Shown in pieces: positions 1-9,701 of a DNA stretch of 64,000 nt. A program made the translations under genes and the position numbers. The stretch is taken from IMG/VR virus record IMGVR_UViG_3300009545_000023, positions 2,701-66,700 of that record; one strand, written 5' to 3'. The notes below the pieces were generated by a model that was not told where the DNA came from, did not search any database, and saw nothing but the letters and a program-made list of their open reading frames with translations. This DNA is from a virus. Within the stretch, counting starts at the first letter, position 1, and every line of letters begins with the position of its first letter.

Positions 1-569
1 TGAAGGACGGTTGCGATCGATTCGAGGAAGTTCACAGCTGTCGTTTGGGTGATACCGCTTTTCGTGATATCGACCGCGCCCGCATCGTACTTCATCTCGG
101 ACGGGATACCGAATGAGGCGGTATTGTCGAGGCGATAACGCCAACCAACCGCACCCTTCTTATTCCCCGTGATGTGGTTGTTGTTGACGATATAGTCGTT
201 GAACTTGTAGGTAAACGCTTTCGTCCACGCCTTCACCTGAGACGCTGCCGGGTTGGTGATGTTATTCTCATCCTCGCTCAGCAGTTCGTCTATCTGGATG
301 AAGTTGCGGATGATGTGCGCCGACTCTTGCCGCTGTGTCGGTGTGCCGTAGGTGACGACCGGCTCTTCGTTGATGTCCACATGGTCAACAGAGGGTAGGT
401 TGCCTTCCCAGCGGGCACCGTTCCGTCGCATGGTCTTGCGGTTCGCCATGACCATATCGGTCAGCACGTTGCCGCGTTCGTAGAGCGCCCAACTAATCTT
501 TGTGATCAGCGGGTCGTTGGTAGATTTTGCCCAGGCATGAAAGGGCAGTACATTTGCATCAATTGCCAT
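1..569 (-). CDS. Major capsid protein (HK97 fold), N-terminal part; runs off the window
   Basis: Not in ORF track. Hand translation from ATG 569: MAIDANVLPFHAWAKSTNDPLITKISWALYERGNVLTD...LPSVDHVDINEEP...AFTYKFNDYIVNN; open to the edge; directly downstream of scaffold and portal. Confidence 0.85.
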   Translation of the reverse strand, partial: MAIDANVLPFHAWAKSTNDPLITKISWALYERGNVLTDMVMANRKTMRRNGARWEGNLPSVDHVDINEEPVVTYGTPTQRQESAHIIRNFIQIDELLSEDENNITNPAASQVKAWTKAFTYKFNDYIVNNNHITGNKKGAVGWRYRLDNTASFGIPSEMKYDAGAVDITKSGITQTTAVNFLESIATVL

Positions 570-590
570 TGTTGCTATTCTCCGGGTAAC

Positions 591-623
591 AAAAAACGAC
601 GCGCTCAGAGTTGAGCCGTCGTT
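591..623 (-). terminator. Terminator-like hairpin just upstream of the capsid gene
   Basis: Minus strand AACGACGGCTCA-ACTC-TGAGCGCGTCGTT followed by a T run. Confidence 0.55.
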
Positions 624-727
624 ATCGGGTTGCTATGTGAGGTTTTTAGAGTTCTAGGTAATCAAACAGGCTTAGGAGAGAACAGCAAGTAGCGGAATGG
701 AAAGAGCAAGGTACTACCCTGCATCTT

Positions 728-1642
728 TTATCCGCGTCTGCGGTTCATCTCGTTGGAGTATTTCAGGGCCGCTGCCATCGGCATACGGCGCATCTCTTCT
801 TCCGTGAGCGGCTTCAGGTTGCCCTGATCACTTCCAGGTGTCCGACGAACGCCCTGTACGTTCTTGGCGCGTGCCTTGGCTGCTGCCGCGTCCGCAAGTG
901 CCTTAGTCTGCTGTGCCGCGCTAAGTTGTTTCTGTTTTTCGAGGTCGCTTTGCCGCTTGGCCTCTACCTTCGCCGCCTGATCGTGCAGTAGTTTCGCGAG
1001 CGGCATGATGTACTGCGGTTCGGTCACATTGGCACGGAGGAGATCCGGGTCAGCGAGCGGGAATTGTTTGGAAGCGGCCTCAAACCCCTGGTTCATTTCG
1101 AGGCGAGCGGTTCGAGCGGCATAGACGCGCAGGTCAACAAGTGCCTTGGCATCCTCCGCGCTGATCTGCCCCCATTCGACCTTCTGAGCGGCTTCTGCTT
1201 CCAACTGCTCACGGTACTGCTGCTCTTGCTGTCTCTCCAGTGCAGCGATAACAGCGGCAGAGTCCGTGAACCCCTGTGATTCCAAGTGACTGATCGTTGG
1301 TGCGAACTTCTCATACTTCTCCGCTAGTGCTGCACGTTCACGAAGTGTTTGCAGTTCCGCATTGAGTTCACGAATCCGGGCATTGGCACCACGCGGCGAC
1401 TCGCTACCTTGTGCCTGCGCCTCGGTATCGTCGGGAGTAGTCTCGCCCTCTTCGAGCAAGCCGCTATCAGCATCATCTGCCACGGCATCTACAATCTCTT
1501 CATCATCAGGTGGCGCACTGCCGAAATCATCGTCGGCCAGGTCGCCGGGATTGACGAAAGTCGTGTTACGATCGGCGACAGGTGCCGGGTAATCATCATC
1601 TGCAACGGTGGACGACCCCGTGTCATACGTCTCTATTTGCAT
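728..1642 (-). CDS. Capsid scaffolding protein
   Basis: Acidic disordered N-terminus, coiled coil (ANARIRELNAELQTLRE), basic C-terminus; between portal and capsid. Confidence 0.75.
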   Translation of the reverse strand: MQIETYDTGSSTVADDDYPAPVADRNTTFVNPGDLADDDFGSAPPDDEEIVDAVADDADSGLLEEGETTPDDTEAQAQGSESPRGANARIRELNAELQTLRERAALAEKYEKFAPTISHLESQGFTDSAAVIAALERQQEQQYREQLEAEAAQKVEWGQISAEDAKALVDLRVYAARTARLEMNQGFEAASKQFPLADPDLLRANVTEPQYIMPLAKLLHDQAAKVEAKRQSDLEKQKQLSAAQQTKALADAAAAKARAKNVQGVRRTPGSDQGNLKPLTEEEMRRMPMAAALKYSNEMNRRRG

Positions 1643-1739
1643 GGGTTTTTATCCTTCATGGAATGGGTTGGAGTCTGTAGGAGTCAAGCAAGCCGTATTG
1701 ACGGTTGCGGTTGGCACGATTGCCAGTTGTGTGAACGAT

Positions 1740-2144
1740 TTATTGATGGATTCGATGGATCATCTTCGCGACAATGCTTTTTGTCCAGATAGAATTAAGG
1801 CACTCACGAACAACGGAGACAACTTCCTCTTCGTCTTTCGCAATACGCGTCCAGCCCATCAACCCCTGCATTTCTGGTAGAAGTTGGATGGTTAGACCAG
1901 CATCGCGGCAATCGACACGAAGGAGCGTTGTTGTATCGGGACTGTTCGCAATATGGATATAGAAATCGAAACCATCGGTATTGATCGGCTTTCCAACAAT
2001 GCCGGAGACGCACTTCTGCTTGTAGAGAGTGATTCGTCGGATATGTCGGATCTGCTCCTCTAGTACAGTCTCACAGAAGGAGAGCAGCGCGAGGTTCTTT
2101 GGTGTCGGTTCGAATGTCTCCGGCCAGAGGCTTTCTGGTTTCAT
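1740..2144 (-). CDS. Hypothetical protein
   Basis: 134 aa ORF, ATGA-coupled to upstream gene. Confidence 0.6.
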   Translation of the reverse strand: MKPESLWPETFEPTPKNLALLSFCETVLEEQIRHIRRITLYKQKCVSGIVGKPINTDGFDFYIHIANSPDTTTLLRVDCRDAGLTIQLLPEMQGLMGWTRIAKDEEEVVSVVRECLNSIWTKSIVAKMIHRIHQ

Positions 2145-2497
2145 TGGGCGTTTGCCACATACGAGGCGTGCTGTGTCAGGTCATAATGAATCTGCTCAGG
2201 CATTTCATTCAGTCGGCGCGGTTCAAAAGACGGATGCCCGATAATCACGCTCCAGCACATACGATCTTCGCAATGGTGTACACTTTTTACGGTCACATCG
2301 GCAGGTATACTGGTGGGCATCGTCAGCGTTAAACGACCGGTGATAATACCGAACATCGTATTTTCATCAATCAATAACGCCTTGACGCAGAGCCGTTCCC
2401 TGCCGTAAGCAGTGAGATTACCCTCTCTATACCATAGAGCATTAACAGGAATATCATTTTCCTGCTCACTTGTCTTAATCTCAGTGTCCTTACTCAT
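2141..2497 (-). CDS. Hypothetical protein
   Basis: 118 aa ORF coupled on both sides; AT-richer 5' part. Confidence 0.6.
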   Translation of the reverse strand: MSKDTEIKTSEQENDIPVNALWYREGNLTAYGRERLCVKALLIDENTMFGIITGRLTLTMPTSIPADVTVKSVHHCEDRMCWSVIIGHPSFEPRRLNEMPEQIHYDLTQHASYVANAQ

Positions 2498-2667
2498 TTT
2501 GGTTTACCTGTCGCCTGTTTAGATTTACGCGGCTTCTTAGCACGTGCCTGAATACGTTCCTTGACTTCAGCGACTGCCCATTCCGACAGACTAACGACGA
2601 TTGCAGTAGCGGCGGCAGTCAGAACTGCTAAGGCAAAATCACCTTTGCGGCTTGTTGGCTCACTCAT
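2494..2667 (-). CDS. Small membrane protein (57 aa)
   Basis: MSEPTSRKGDFALAVLTAAATAIVVSLSEWAVAE...; ATGA overlaps at both ends; below the ORF-track cut-off. Confidence 0.55.
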   Translation of the reverse strand: MSEPTSRKGDFALAVLTAAATAIVVSLSEWAVAEVKERIQARAKKPRKSKQATGKPK

Positions 2668-5540
2668 TTCTTGGTACTCGCTTGCTTCGCCTTGGTCTGA
2701 GCGTTTAACTTCGCCGCCTTCTCCTGCGCGGTCAGTTGCTTATCCTGCATCTGTGCCTGCTGGGTGCCCTGTACGGCGGTCTGTGTAAGGTCATGGGCAT
2801 GGTCCATCTGCCCTTGCGCTAAATCGTGCTGGTGTTGCTGTTCGGCTTCGACGAGACTATGAACATGCTTGATATGCTCAACGGCGGCAGTCTTACCGAC
2901 TTCGAGAGCGGCGTTTTGCTGGGCGGCGGCGGCTTCCTTCTCGGCGTTGAATTTGCCGATGATCAGATCCGCGTTCACGCGTGCTGTCTGCTCCTCTTCG
3001 GGAGTTGCCTGTCGTGCGCCCTTTGGTATCATCTGATCTTCGAGTTGGTACTTCTGTGCCTGTAGCGCGGCGGCTTGTTGTCCCTGAGTCTGAAGTAGGA
3101 TCAGTTTCTGCTGTGTTTCGAGGTTAGCCTGTTGCGCCTCAAGCGATTGTTTCTGCTGCTCCATCGCCTGAGCCGCAGCCATAGATTTCTGTTGCTGCTG
3201 TTCTAGGAGCGGGACTATCGTGTCGGCGAGTTTGGAGGATTTCAGCGTCGGGAGTGCGCCGAGAAACGCCTGCCCTGCCTCCGGGCTACCTGGCGCACCA
3301 AACAACTGCATCTCGTACCATCGTTCGAGTTGTGCCTCTTCCTCACCGGGCGTTTCCGGCATCGCCGAACCAACCGTTACCTCACACCGCGCTTTGCCTA
3401 CCCGCATCAGATCCGGCATAAACAGACGCGCTGCCGGGATATCCCCCTCTAACTCGTCGTCAATGGCGATTAGGCGCGGTTCCGTCGCGTACTTGCTGAA
3501 GCAGGAGATAACGCGCTCGGCGATAGCGACTTCAGCGTCCTCTATACGGCGTGTGTACTCACGAATGATGCGGTTATCGGCCTGCTGAAGAAGGTAGGTC
3601 TGTCGCCCGCTCTGCTGTGCCGATTCCTGTTGCCCATCGGAAGAGTCGTGGATACCGATCGCGTCTTCCATCTGCCGCTCGCAGAGTTCCATGACTCGCT
3701 CGTACTTCTCCCAATCAGCGGGAGGTGATTGTAGTTGCGGAGGAGCCATCCCCTTCTTATGGTAAATCTTCCGGTAGTCCAGACCGCTGATATAGTCGTC
3801 CGGGCGAAGACCAATGCCTTCCTCGGCCATCACGAAGAGTTTATCCATCCGCATTCGACTCATCATGTGAGAGAATGCGGAGTTGTAACCGATCTGTGAG
3901 TCAACGAGGCTCGGGACGATGCCACGGCCCCATATACTGTTCACCTCACGCTGATAGTAGAACGGCACGAACGGATTCGGGAACTCCTGATCATCAAGTA
4001 CGGTGTGCTTGAGTAGTCGGTTGTCCGCAACTGCGCTGTATCTGCCTTCCGGGTACTTCGGACTTTTGAACTCCCATCGCTCGAACAGGGTTACATAGTC
4101 GCCCGTATCGCCTGTGCCGTATAGATCGTCACCCGTGATACCCGCAAGACGCGCATCGGATGCTACGGACTCCATACCATTCCCGCCGCCGCCTTTATCG
4201 GGCTTGACGAGATAGGCCACACCACCAAAGGTTGCCTGCACCTCGGAGATTGGCACACGCCGCGCATGGATAAAGAAGCGGATCTGCTCCCAGTGCCGCG
4301 CATCCGGATCGGGATAGGCTTCAAACGGCGCAACGTACTCGATCTTCGTCATTCCAACCGGCGCACGGACACTGCCGACAATCCGAAGCATCGGCGAGAG
4401 CGATGTGATCGGCTCTGCCTGCTCGCGAGCAAGCTCGCTTGCGTGCTCGTCGTCCTTCTGTCCCTCTCCCGATTCCGGAGTGTTCAGCGGTTGCAGTTCA
4501 TCGTCGCTACCTGCCTCGGTCGGTTCCTGGTCCGGTCCCGGTACACCCTGTTGCATCGCCTGCTGTCTGCCCTGCTGAATCGCGGCGAGCATCTGCGCGG
4601 CGGGTGACTGCGGGCCACCCTGCGGGCCCCCCTGCGGGACTCCTGGTGGCGTCGGTGGTAGTGTTTGGCCCTGCTGACCTGCTAATGCCTGCTGCACCAT
4701 CGTGGGAGGAACGGGAGAAGGTGGCACATCGTTGTCACCGCCCTCTGCCGCTTCTCCTTGGGGAGATCCTGTGTCCTGTGGTTGCTGCCCTTGCTGCTCC
4801 TGTGCCGGGTCGATGATCTTGAACTCAGGGATATCATCTTCCGCTTCAGCGTCCCAAACGACCTTCCAGAAGATCGGGTAGCACTGCCCGAAGTAGACGC
4901 CTTCTTCCTTTACCTCGTCCCACTTGCTAAACTTTTTGGCGTGGTGCCACACCTGACGGCATTGTTTGGCGGCTAGTTTGTCAACCGCTACACCGGGCGC
5001 AACAGGTACGAAGTCAAGATCGGGCGAGGAGGCAAGAGCGCGGGAAGTGTTCTTACGGAGTAGTGGCGCTATCTTGTTGACGGTTTTGAAATACTCTTCG
5101 GCGTCGGGATCGTTCCAGCGGTTACGGAGTCGCCGTGTCGAGCGGTCATACTCCACCCACTGATTATCGCGCTCGAATGCGGCTGCCAGGTACCATTTCT
5201 CTTCCCGTGCCGCTTTTGCGTTCGCGGCCAACTTGAAGTCGCGCATCACATCATCGACGATGAGTTGCCGCGCCGCAAGTTGCTTGGCGACCTTCTCCGA
5301 CGAGGAAGCGTCTTTCTTGTCCTCTACCTTGATACTGAAGTCAATATCGTCGAGCAGTGCCTGCGGGTCTTCGATATCCTCCGGCGTGATATCGCGCTTC
5401 TGATTCTTCTTCGCTTCCTCAGTAAGCGGCGGAACCTTCTTCTTTGGTGCGAGTCCCTGAAGTACCGTTAAAATGCCGTTCTTTTGCCCTGGTGCGCCCG
5501 TGCCGTTGCTGTTGGAGCGATTGAGAGCAGGTGGAAACAT
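2664..5540 (-). CDS. Portal protein (P22-like, long C-terminal Q/A coiled coil)
   Basis: 958 aa; portal-like motifs (TVNKI, YPDPDAR..EQIRFFIH, PFVPF...IWGRGIVPSLVDSQ..YN, SGRQ); between TerL and scaffold. Confidence 0.88.
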   Translation of the reverse strand: MFPPALNRSNSNGTGAPGQKNGILTVLQGLAPKKKVPPLTEEAKKNQKRDITPEDIEDPQALLDDIDFSIKVEDKKDASSSEKVAKQLAARQLIVDDVMRDFKLAANAKAAREEKWYLAAAFERDNQWVEYDRSTRRLRNRWNDPDAEEYFKTVNKIAPLLRKNTSRALASSPDLDFVPVAPGVAVDKLAAKQCRQVWHHAKKFSKWDEVKEEGVYFGQCYPIFWKVVWDAEAEDDIPEFKIIDPAQEQQGQQPQDTGSPQGEAAEGGDNDVPPSPVPPTMVQQALAGQQGQTLPPTPPGVPQGGPQGGPQSPAAQMLAAIQQGRQQAMQQGVPGPDQEPTEAGSDDELQPLNTPESGEGQKDDEHASELAREQAEPITSLSPMLRIVGSVRAPVGMTKIEYVAPFEAYPDPDARHWEQIRFFIHARRVPISEVQATFGGVAYLVKPDKGGGGNGMESVASDARLAGITGDDLYGTGDTGDYVTLFERWEFKSPKYPEGRYSAVADNRLLKHTVLDDQEFPNPFVPFYYQREVNSIWGRGIVPSLVDSQIGYNSAFSHMMSRMRMDKLFVMAEEGIGLRPDDYISGLDYRKIYHKKGMAPPQLQSPPADWEKYERVMELCERQMEDAIGIHDSSDGQQESAQQSGRQTYLLQQADNRIIREYTRRIEDAEVAIAERVISCFSKYATEPRLIAIDDELEGDIPAARLFMPDLMRVGKARCEVTVGSAMPETPGEEEAQLERWYEMQLFGAPGSPEAGQAFLGALPTLKSSKLADTIVPLLEQQQQKSMAAAQAMEQQKQSLEAQQANLETQQKLILLQTQGQQAAALQAQKYQLEDQMIPKGARQATPEEEQTARVNADLIIGKFNAEKEAAAAQQNAALEVGKTAAVEHIKHVHSLVEAEQQHQHDLAQGQMDHAHDLTQTAVQGTQQAQMQDKQLTAQEKAAKLNAQTKAKQASTKK

Positions 5541-5571
5541 ATTTGGTTTTCGGGGAGCAATAATAGTGGTA

Positions 5572-5850
5572 TTACAGCGGTATGGGTGCGCTAACTACGG
5601 GCGCATCTTCAGGGTCTTCTGCTTGGTTGTACCAAAAGCAAAAGCAATGCTTGCGGCGTCCCCATTGGTCGCAGATGATGTATCCTTTACCTTGGCAGTC
5701 GATACAATGCGCTAATGGTCGCTGAATCGGTGCAGGACCATCCAAAGAAGCCATGCGAGGTATCACAAAACGCCCTGACCCAGCACTAAATGGATGATTC
5801 ATAGTAGCCTCTAAAACTTCGGCACTCGCCCGCTCGGATATCGCCGCCAT
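5572..5850 (-). CDS. Small Cys-rich protein
   Basis: CIDCQGKG...HCFC zinc-finger-like motif; start uncertain. Confidence 0.5.
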   Translation of the reverse strand: MAAISERASAEVLEATMNHPFSAGSGRFVIPRMASLDGPAPIQRPLAHCIDCQGKGYIICDQWGRRKHCFCFWYNQAEDPEDAPVVSAPIPL

Positions 5851-6053
5851 TGCAACAATCGATCACGAAGCCGCTGAAAGAACGGCAGAAAGCCCGTCTC
5901 AAGTGCCGCTTCTGAGGTAAAACCCTCTTCCGATATCGCCGATTCGATGCGTAGACCGACCTGATAGATCGCCCTACAGAAAGCGATAAGGGCAAAGGTG
6001 CCGATGGCGTTTAAGGTGAGCAGAGCAACTATCACGACAAGAACGGGCATCAT
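5811..6053 (-). CDS. Small membrane protein
   Basis: Hydrophobic N-terminal helix; coupled to upstream ORF. Confidence 0.5.
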   Translation of the reverse strand: MMPVLVVIVALLTLNAIGTFALIAFCRAIYQVGLRIESAISEEGFTSEAALETGFLPFFQRLRDRLLQWRRYPSGRVPKF

Positions 6054-6283
6054 CGGTTGAACTTGCCGTACTCTCGTTCGTCCAGCGCATCTGCAATCTT
6101 TATTGTCTCGGTAGGCGTCAATCCGACTACATCGCCCGTAGAAATGCGCAAGTTGAACTGACGGTCAAACCATGCGTCTCCCGCTTTTGCCATGCGTATG
6201 CACAACTCGAACTCGGCTTTGCAATACTCATCGAATGACCAGCGCTGTGAGTAGGCATGACGCGAACGATCGGTATCTGTCAT
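6050..6283 (-). CDS. Hypothetical protein
   Basis: 77 aa, ATGA overlaps. Confidence 0.55.
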   Translation of the reverse strand: MTDTDRSRHAYSQRWSFDEYCKAEFELCIRMAKAGDAWFDRQFNLRISTGDVVGLTPTETIKIADALDEREYGKFNR

Positions 6284-7026
6284 AATCCCTCACGCCGCGC
6301 TATCTCGGTCGCATCATCCGGCCAGTCCATCGGGTACTTATTCGCTCTCTCGACGCCTAGCCGTTCATTAGCTAACTTCATGTACCCTTCGTGTGTATAG
6401 GGATACTGCGCGGCCAATTGCTGCATCGCGGCCCGACGCTCGGCGAGGTCACGACCATAGCCGTGGAAGGCGGCAACAATTGTTCCGTCGCTCTGCTCAT
6501 CGTGCAGCGTGTTGTTCCATGACTGGTAGATGGTGCAGAGGCTTTGCTGATAATCCGGGTACGCCATCAACTGGCTATTTACGGCGTGTTGGTCATTCGC
6601 GAACAGATGCCGCTTCGCAAGACAGTTCCCTAGGAAGTCGCTTGCATCGGTATCGCACCGGAAATACATCTGCCCAACCTGCCAATGCCAGCGGTTAGCC
6701 CGGTATGTGGCGATTGGATACGGATGCACTGTGAAGGCGTAGGAAGCATAGCCAGGAAGCGTCTCCCGCATATCGCGCCGAAGGTCGAGGACGATGCAAT
6801 CGGCGTCGAGCCAGAACACATGCGACCACTTGCCTTCTCGGATGCGATCAAGCGGGACCTGAAGGCGGGCGAACCCGTTATCGTAGGGCACACCTGCCGC
6901 CGTCATGTCGAAAACTTCGTAATCGTATCCGTGGCGGTCGGCATAGGCTTGATGGCGGTCGCGATGGTCGGCTATCATCGCCGCGTACTCATCGTTGGAA
7001 TGGCACTGAAGAAGGAGCGGTTTCAT
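6280..7026 (-). CDS. GT-A glycosyltransferase (GT34/MNN10-like)
   Basis: YADRHGYDY, VFWLDAD (DxD), NDQHAVN, AFHG motifs; probable start MKPLL at 7026. Confidence 0.75.
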   Translation of the reverse strand: MKPLLLQCHSNDEYAAMIADHRDRHQAYADRHGYDYEVFDMTAAGVPYDNGFARLQVPLDRIREGKWSHVFWLDADCIVLDLRRDMRETLPGYASYAFTVHPYPIATYRANRWHWQVGQMYFRCDTDASDFLGNCLAKRHLFANDQHAVNSQLMAYPDYQQSLCTIYQSWNNTLHDEQSDGTIVAAFHGYGRDLAERRAAMQQLAAQYPYTHEGYMKLANERLGVERANKYPMDWPDDATEIARREGL

Positions 7027-7625
7027 TCGGTCGGTGCCTCCTGCTTCTTTTGGAATCGGGCACATGCGGACCATTGCGCCTGCACAGCGACTGCCTCACC
7101 CAACGGGCATACGATTACACCACCTACTACACGCCTATTACCGGGAGATATCCAATTACCATTGCCTTTACTATTGCTCGTGTCTGCTTCCCAGCCGTTC
7201 TCAAGCAGGTACTCACAATCACGTTCGAGAGGATGCCCGTACTGCGGCCATTTGATGAATTGAACACGCGGAGCGTTATCATATGTCGGCTCGAATCGAA
7301 CGCCAGAAATAGACGGAACGGCGCGACCCATACCCAAAACTCCGTCGCCAGTAGTCAGTCCGGTATTCTCGTCATACTGTGTACTCAATTCATTGCACTC
7401 CTCGGCTACGATATCACTGGTTTTTACAAACACTAATCCCGATCTACTTATCGTAGAGACCGTATAGAAATTAACCCGTTCCTGCGTCCCGGTTTTCGGT
7501 CTCATATGCAGTGATTCTATTCGGACGCGAGATCCAGCCTTACCGATATACTCATTATCAATAAGCGTCCTTCCAATTTGCCCATTATTAAGAAAAGATG
7601 TTTGGGCAGGAGAGACAGTACTCAT
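7023..7625 (-). CDS. Hypothetical protein
   Basis: 200 aa ORF with ATGA overlaps. Confidence 0.5.
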   Translation of the reverse strand: MSTVSPAQTSFLNNGQIGRTLIDNEYIGKAGSRVRIESLHMRPKTGTQERVNFYTVSTISRSGLVFVKTSDIVAEECNELSTQYDENTGLTTGDGVLGMGRAVPSISGVRFEPTYDNAPRVQFIKWPQYGHPLERDCEYLLENGWEADTSNSKGNGNWISPGNRRVVGGVIVCPLGEAVAVQAQWSACARFQKKQEAPTE

Positions 7626-8419
7626 TGTGCCTGTCCTCCGTAAACCGGTGCAATCTCACCCTGTCGCCATGCAACAAAGATCGTCGGCGCACCGTTGCCC
7701 AGCCCCAACCATGCCGCTTCGTACCCGGCGCTGACGAGTTCACGCCGCAACGCTTCCTGAGACAACATTGTCCACGAGTGCCATTCGCCGATGATGTAGC
7801 GGATGCGATGTGCGACCGACTTGAACGACTCGCCGCGCAGTATCTCGCTCTCTGCGCCCTCTACGTCGAGTTTGAGCAGGTCGATGGTGTCAATCTCTTT
7901 CATTCGCATAAGCGTTGATAGAGTGACAGTGGTAACTTCTTCGATTGGGCCGCCGATACCATTATCCAATAAAGAATGCGCAGTAGGATTTGAGGAATGG
8001 TGCAGATTGTACGTACCGTCCTTATCCCACAGAGCGACCTTCATAGGAAATACATCCTGCCACTGCTCATTCAGTTCAAGAGTATTACGTATGCAATCGT
8101 AGTGATCTTTACAGGGTTCGAGCGCGTAAACTTTATCAGCGTAGTCAGCGAAGTAAACCGCCGTGATACCGATGTTAGATCCAGCGTCTACAATGACCAG
8201 AGGCTTAGGCACTGAATGATTGGCGCGCAACCCTACGGCCCTGATTACCGGGTCGTATATCCGCGCATGGTAGACCTCGCTGATAATGTCGCCGATGTGA
8301 GCGTTTGCGAGATCGCCGTTGTAGAAGATCGCTTTCAGTCTGTTACCTCGCCAGTACAATCCGTGATCGGTTCGCGATGACTTCCTGCGCCTGTTGATGT
8401 TCCGCTTTTGCCGACTCAA
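7622..8419 (-). CDS. FkbM-family SAM methyltransferase
   Basis: VDAGSNIG, YALEP, IDLLKLDVEGAE, GEWH motifs; true start probably downstream. Confidence 0.9.
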   Translation of the reverse strand: MSRQKRNINRRRKSSRTDHGLYWRGNRLKAIFYNGDLANAHIGDIISEVYHARIYDPVIRAVGLRANHSVPKPLVIVDAGSNIGITAVYFADYADKVYALEPCKDHYDCIRNTLELNEQWQDVFPMKVALWDKDGTYNLHHSSNPTAHSLLDNGIGGPIEEVTTVTLSTLMRMKEIDTIDLLKLDVEGAESEILRGESFKSVAHRIRYIIGEWHSWTMLSQEALRRELVSAGYEAAWLGLGNGAPTIFVAWRQGEIAPVYGGQAQ

Positions 8420-8570
8420 TGATATTGATCAGTCTCGCAACCGCGTCGTTCAGAGCGGCGATTTCCTCGCCCTGCGCGGCGAGCTTCGCTTCGATCTCGG
8501 CAAAGCGTTCGCCATTGGTACGTGACGGTTCGAGCGGTGTCATAACGAGCGGTGTTTTCTCTTTACGCAT
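8343..8570 (-). CDS. Small coiled-coil protein
   Basis: 75 aa, heptad pattern. Confidence 0.5.
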   Translation of the reverse strand: MRKEKTPLVMTPLEPSRTNGERFAEIEAKLAAQGEEIAALNDAVARLINIIESAKAEHQQAQEVIANRSRIVLAR

Positions 8571-8883
8571 TGGTTGGTACTTTGTAATCCACGGGAACTT
8601 TGACCATTAACCGGTAAGATACTACCTTTTCATAATCAAGCCACGGCCTATGAATAGGATAAATCGCTCCCTCTACCCATAAGCAGCGGTAATTCTGTGA
8701 CCCGTCTACTTTTGGGACACAAACATCATCATTAAGAAGATAGTAGACTTGAAATACAAACTGTTTTCCATTAGAGCCACTGGTTGACTCAAGACAGGCT
8801 ATTTTCTTATCGCATAGCCCACACACCTCAGTAACCGCATTACAGATATTGATTTCGTGCTTTTCTAGCGGTGGGATATACAT
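8563..8883 (-). CDS. Hypothetical protein (AT-rich)
   Basis: 106 aa ORF in operon. Confidence 0.5.
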   Translation of the reverse strand: MYIPPLEKHEINICNAVTEVCGLCDKKIACLESTSGSNGKQFVFQVYYLLNDDVCVPKVDGSQNYRCLWVEGAIYPIHRPWLDYEKVVSYRLMVKVPVDYKVPTNA

Positions 8884-9413
8884 TACTTACCCTTGGCGAG
8901 CATAGCCCGTGCCTTCGATTTGATCGTTGCCGCCTGAGCAGGAGTGATATTCCCGGCACGTTCGGAGCGCGTAGACATAGGGATCGCAAGACGGGCATGG
9001 GTAGCGTCACCTATTGGAAAGCTACCTGATGGGCCTGCGGTTACACTGCGTGCCTTTGCCGGTGCAGTCGTGTTCGGCCCAATCTTAGCGGTCGTCGCTG
9101 GCTTCATGGGGGCCGCTACCGGTGCTACTGTCGCCTTCTTGGGGTGATGGTACGCGCCCAAATTCGCCGCAGGATTGAACGGCTTGCCCGATGGTGCAGG
9201 CGTTGACTTCTTCGCCATCTGCATCGCGCCTTTGGCGTCCATCGCGTTATCGGCCTTCGAACCCTCTTTGGTGCCTGTGCGGGCATCCTGACGTTTGTCG
9301 GCGGCACTTCCTTCGTAGGCTTTCATTTGCGCGGCAGTCGGTTTAGTCGCGGCAGGTTTTAACTGCACGCCGGGCTTTGGCCCTTGCGAACTCCAAGGAT
9401 TTTTCATTGCCAT
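8883..9413 (-). CDS. Basic Ala/Lys/Pro-rich phage protein
   Basis: Probable start MAMKNP; C-terminal GSFPIGDATHARLA motif typical of small head-region proteins. Confidence 0.6.
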   Translation of the reverse strand: MAMKNPWSSQGPKPGVQLKPAATKPTAAQMKAYEGSAADKRQDARTGTKEGSKADNAMDAKGAMQMAKKSTPAPSGKPFNPAANLGAYHHPKKATVAPVAAPMKPATTAKIGPNTTAPAKARSVTAGPSGSFPIGDATHARLAIPMSTRSERAGNITPAQAATIKSKARAMLAKGK

Positions 9414-9417
9414 CGGA

Positions 9418-9699
9418 TTACTTGCCCTTCTTGTGCAGTTCCTTCGTGTCATCGATCTCTTCGACCTTGGAGACACCGGACGGCGTTATCTCACCTTCGG
9501 GCGCATCAGGCAGCGCGACAGGCGACTCGACCACATCCGGCAGGATCGGCTCAACCGGCAACGGATCAGGCTTCGACCAATGGTTATCATCGCCCTTAAC
9601 CCAACCCTTGCTGACGAGATAGGCTTCGTCCGCTTGCTTGGCGTCTTCCTGTCGCTGAAGGTTCAACGCGGTCTCAATGTGCTTGTTTTCGAATGCCAT
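9418..9699 (-). CDS. Hypothetical protein
   Basis: 93 aa immediately after TerL. Confidence 0.6.
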   Translation of the reverse strand: MAFENKHIETALNLQRQEDAKQADEAYLVSKGWVKGDDNHWSKPDPLPVEPILPDVVESPVALPDAPEGEITPSGVSKVEEIDDTKELHKKGK

Positions 9700-9701
9700 G
9701 A

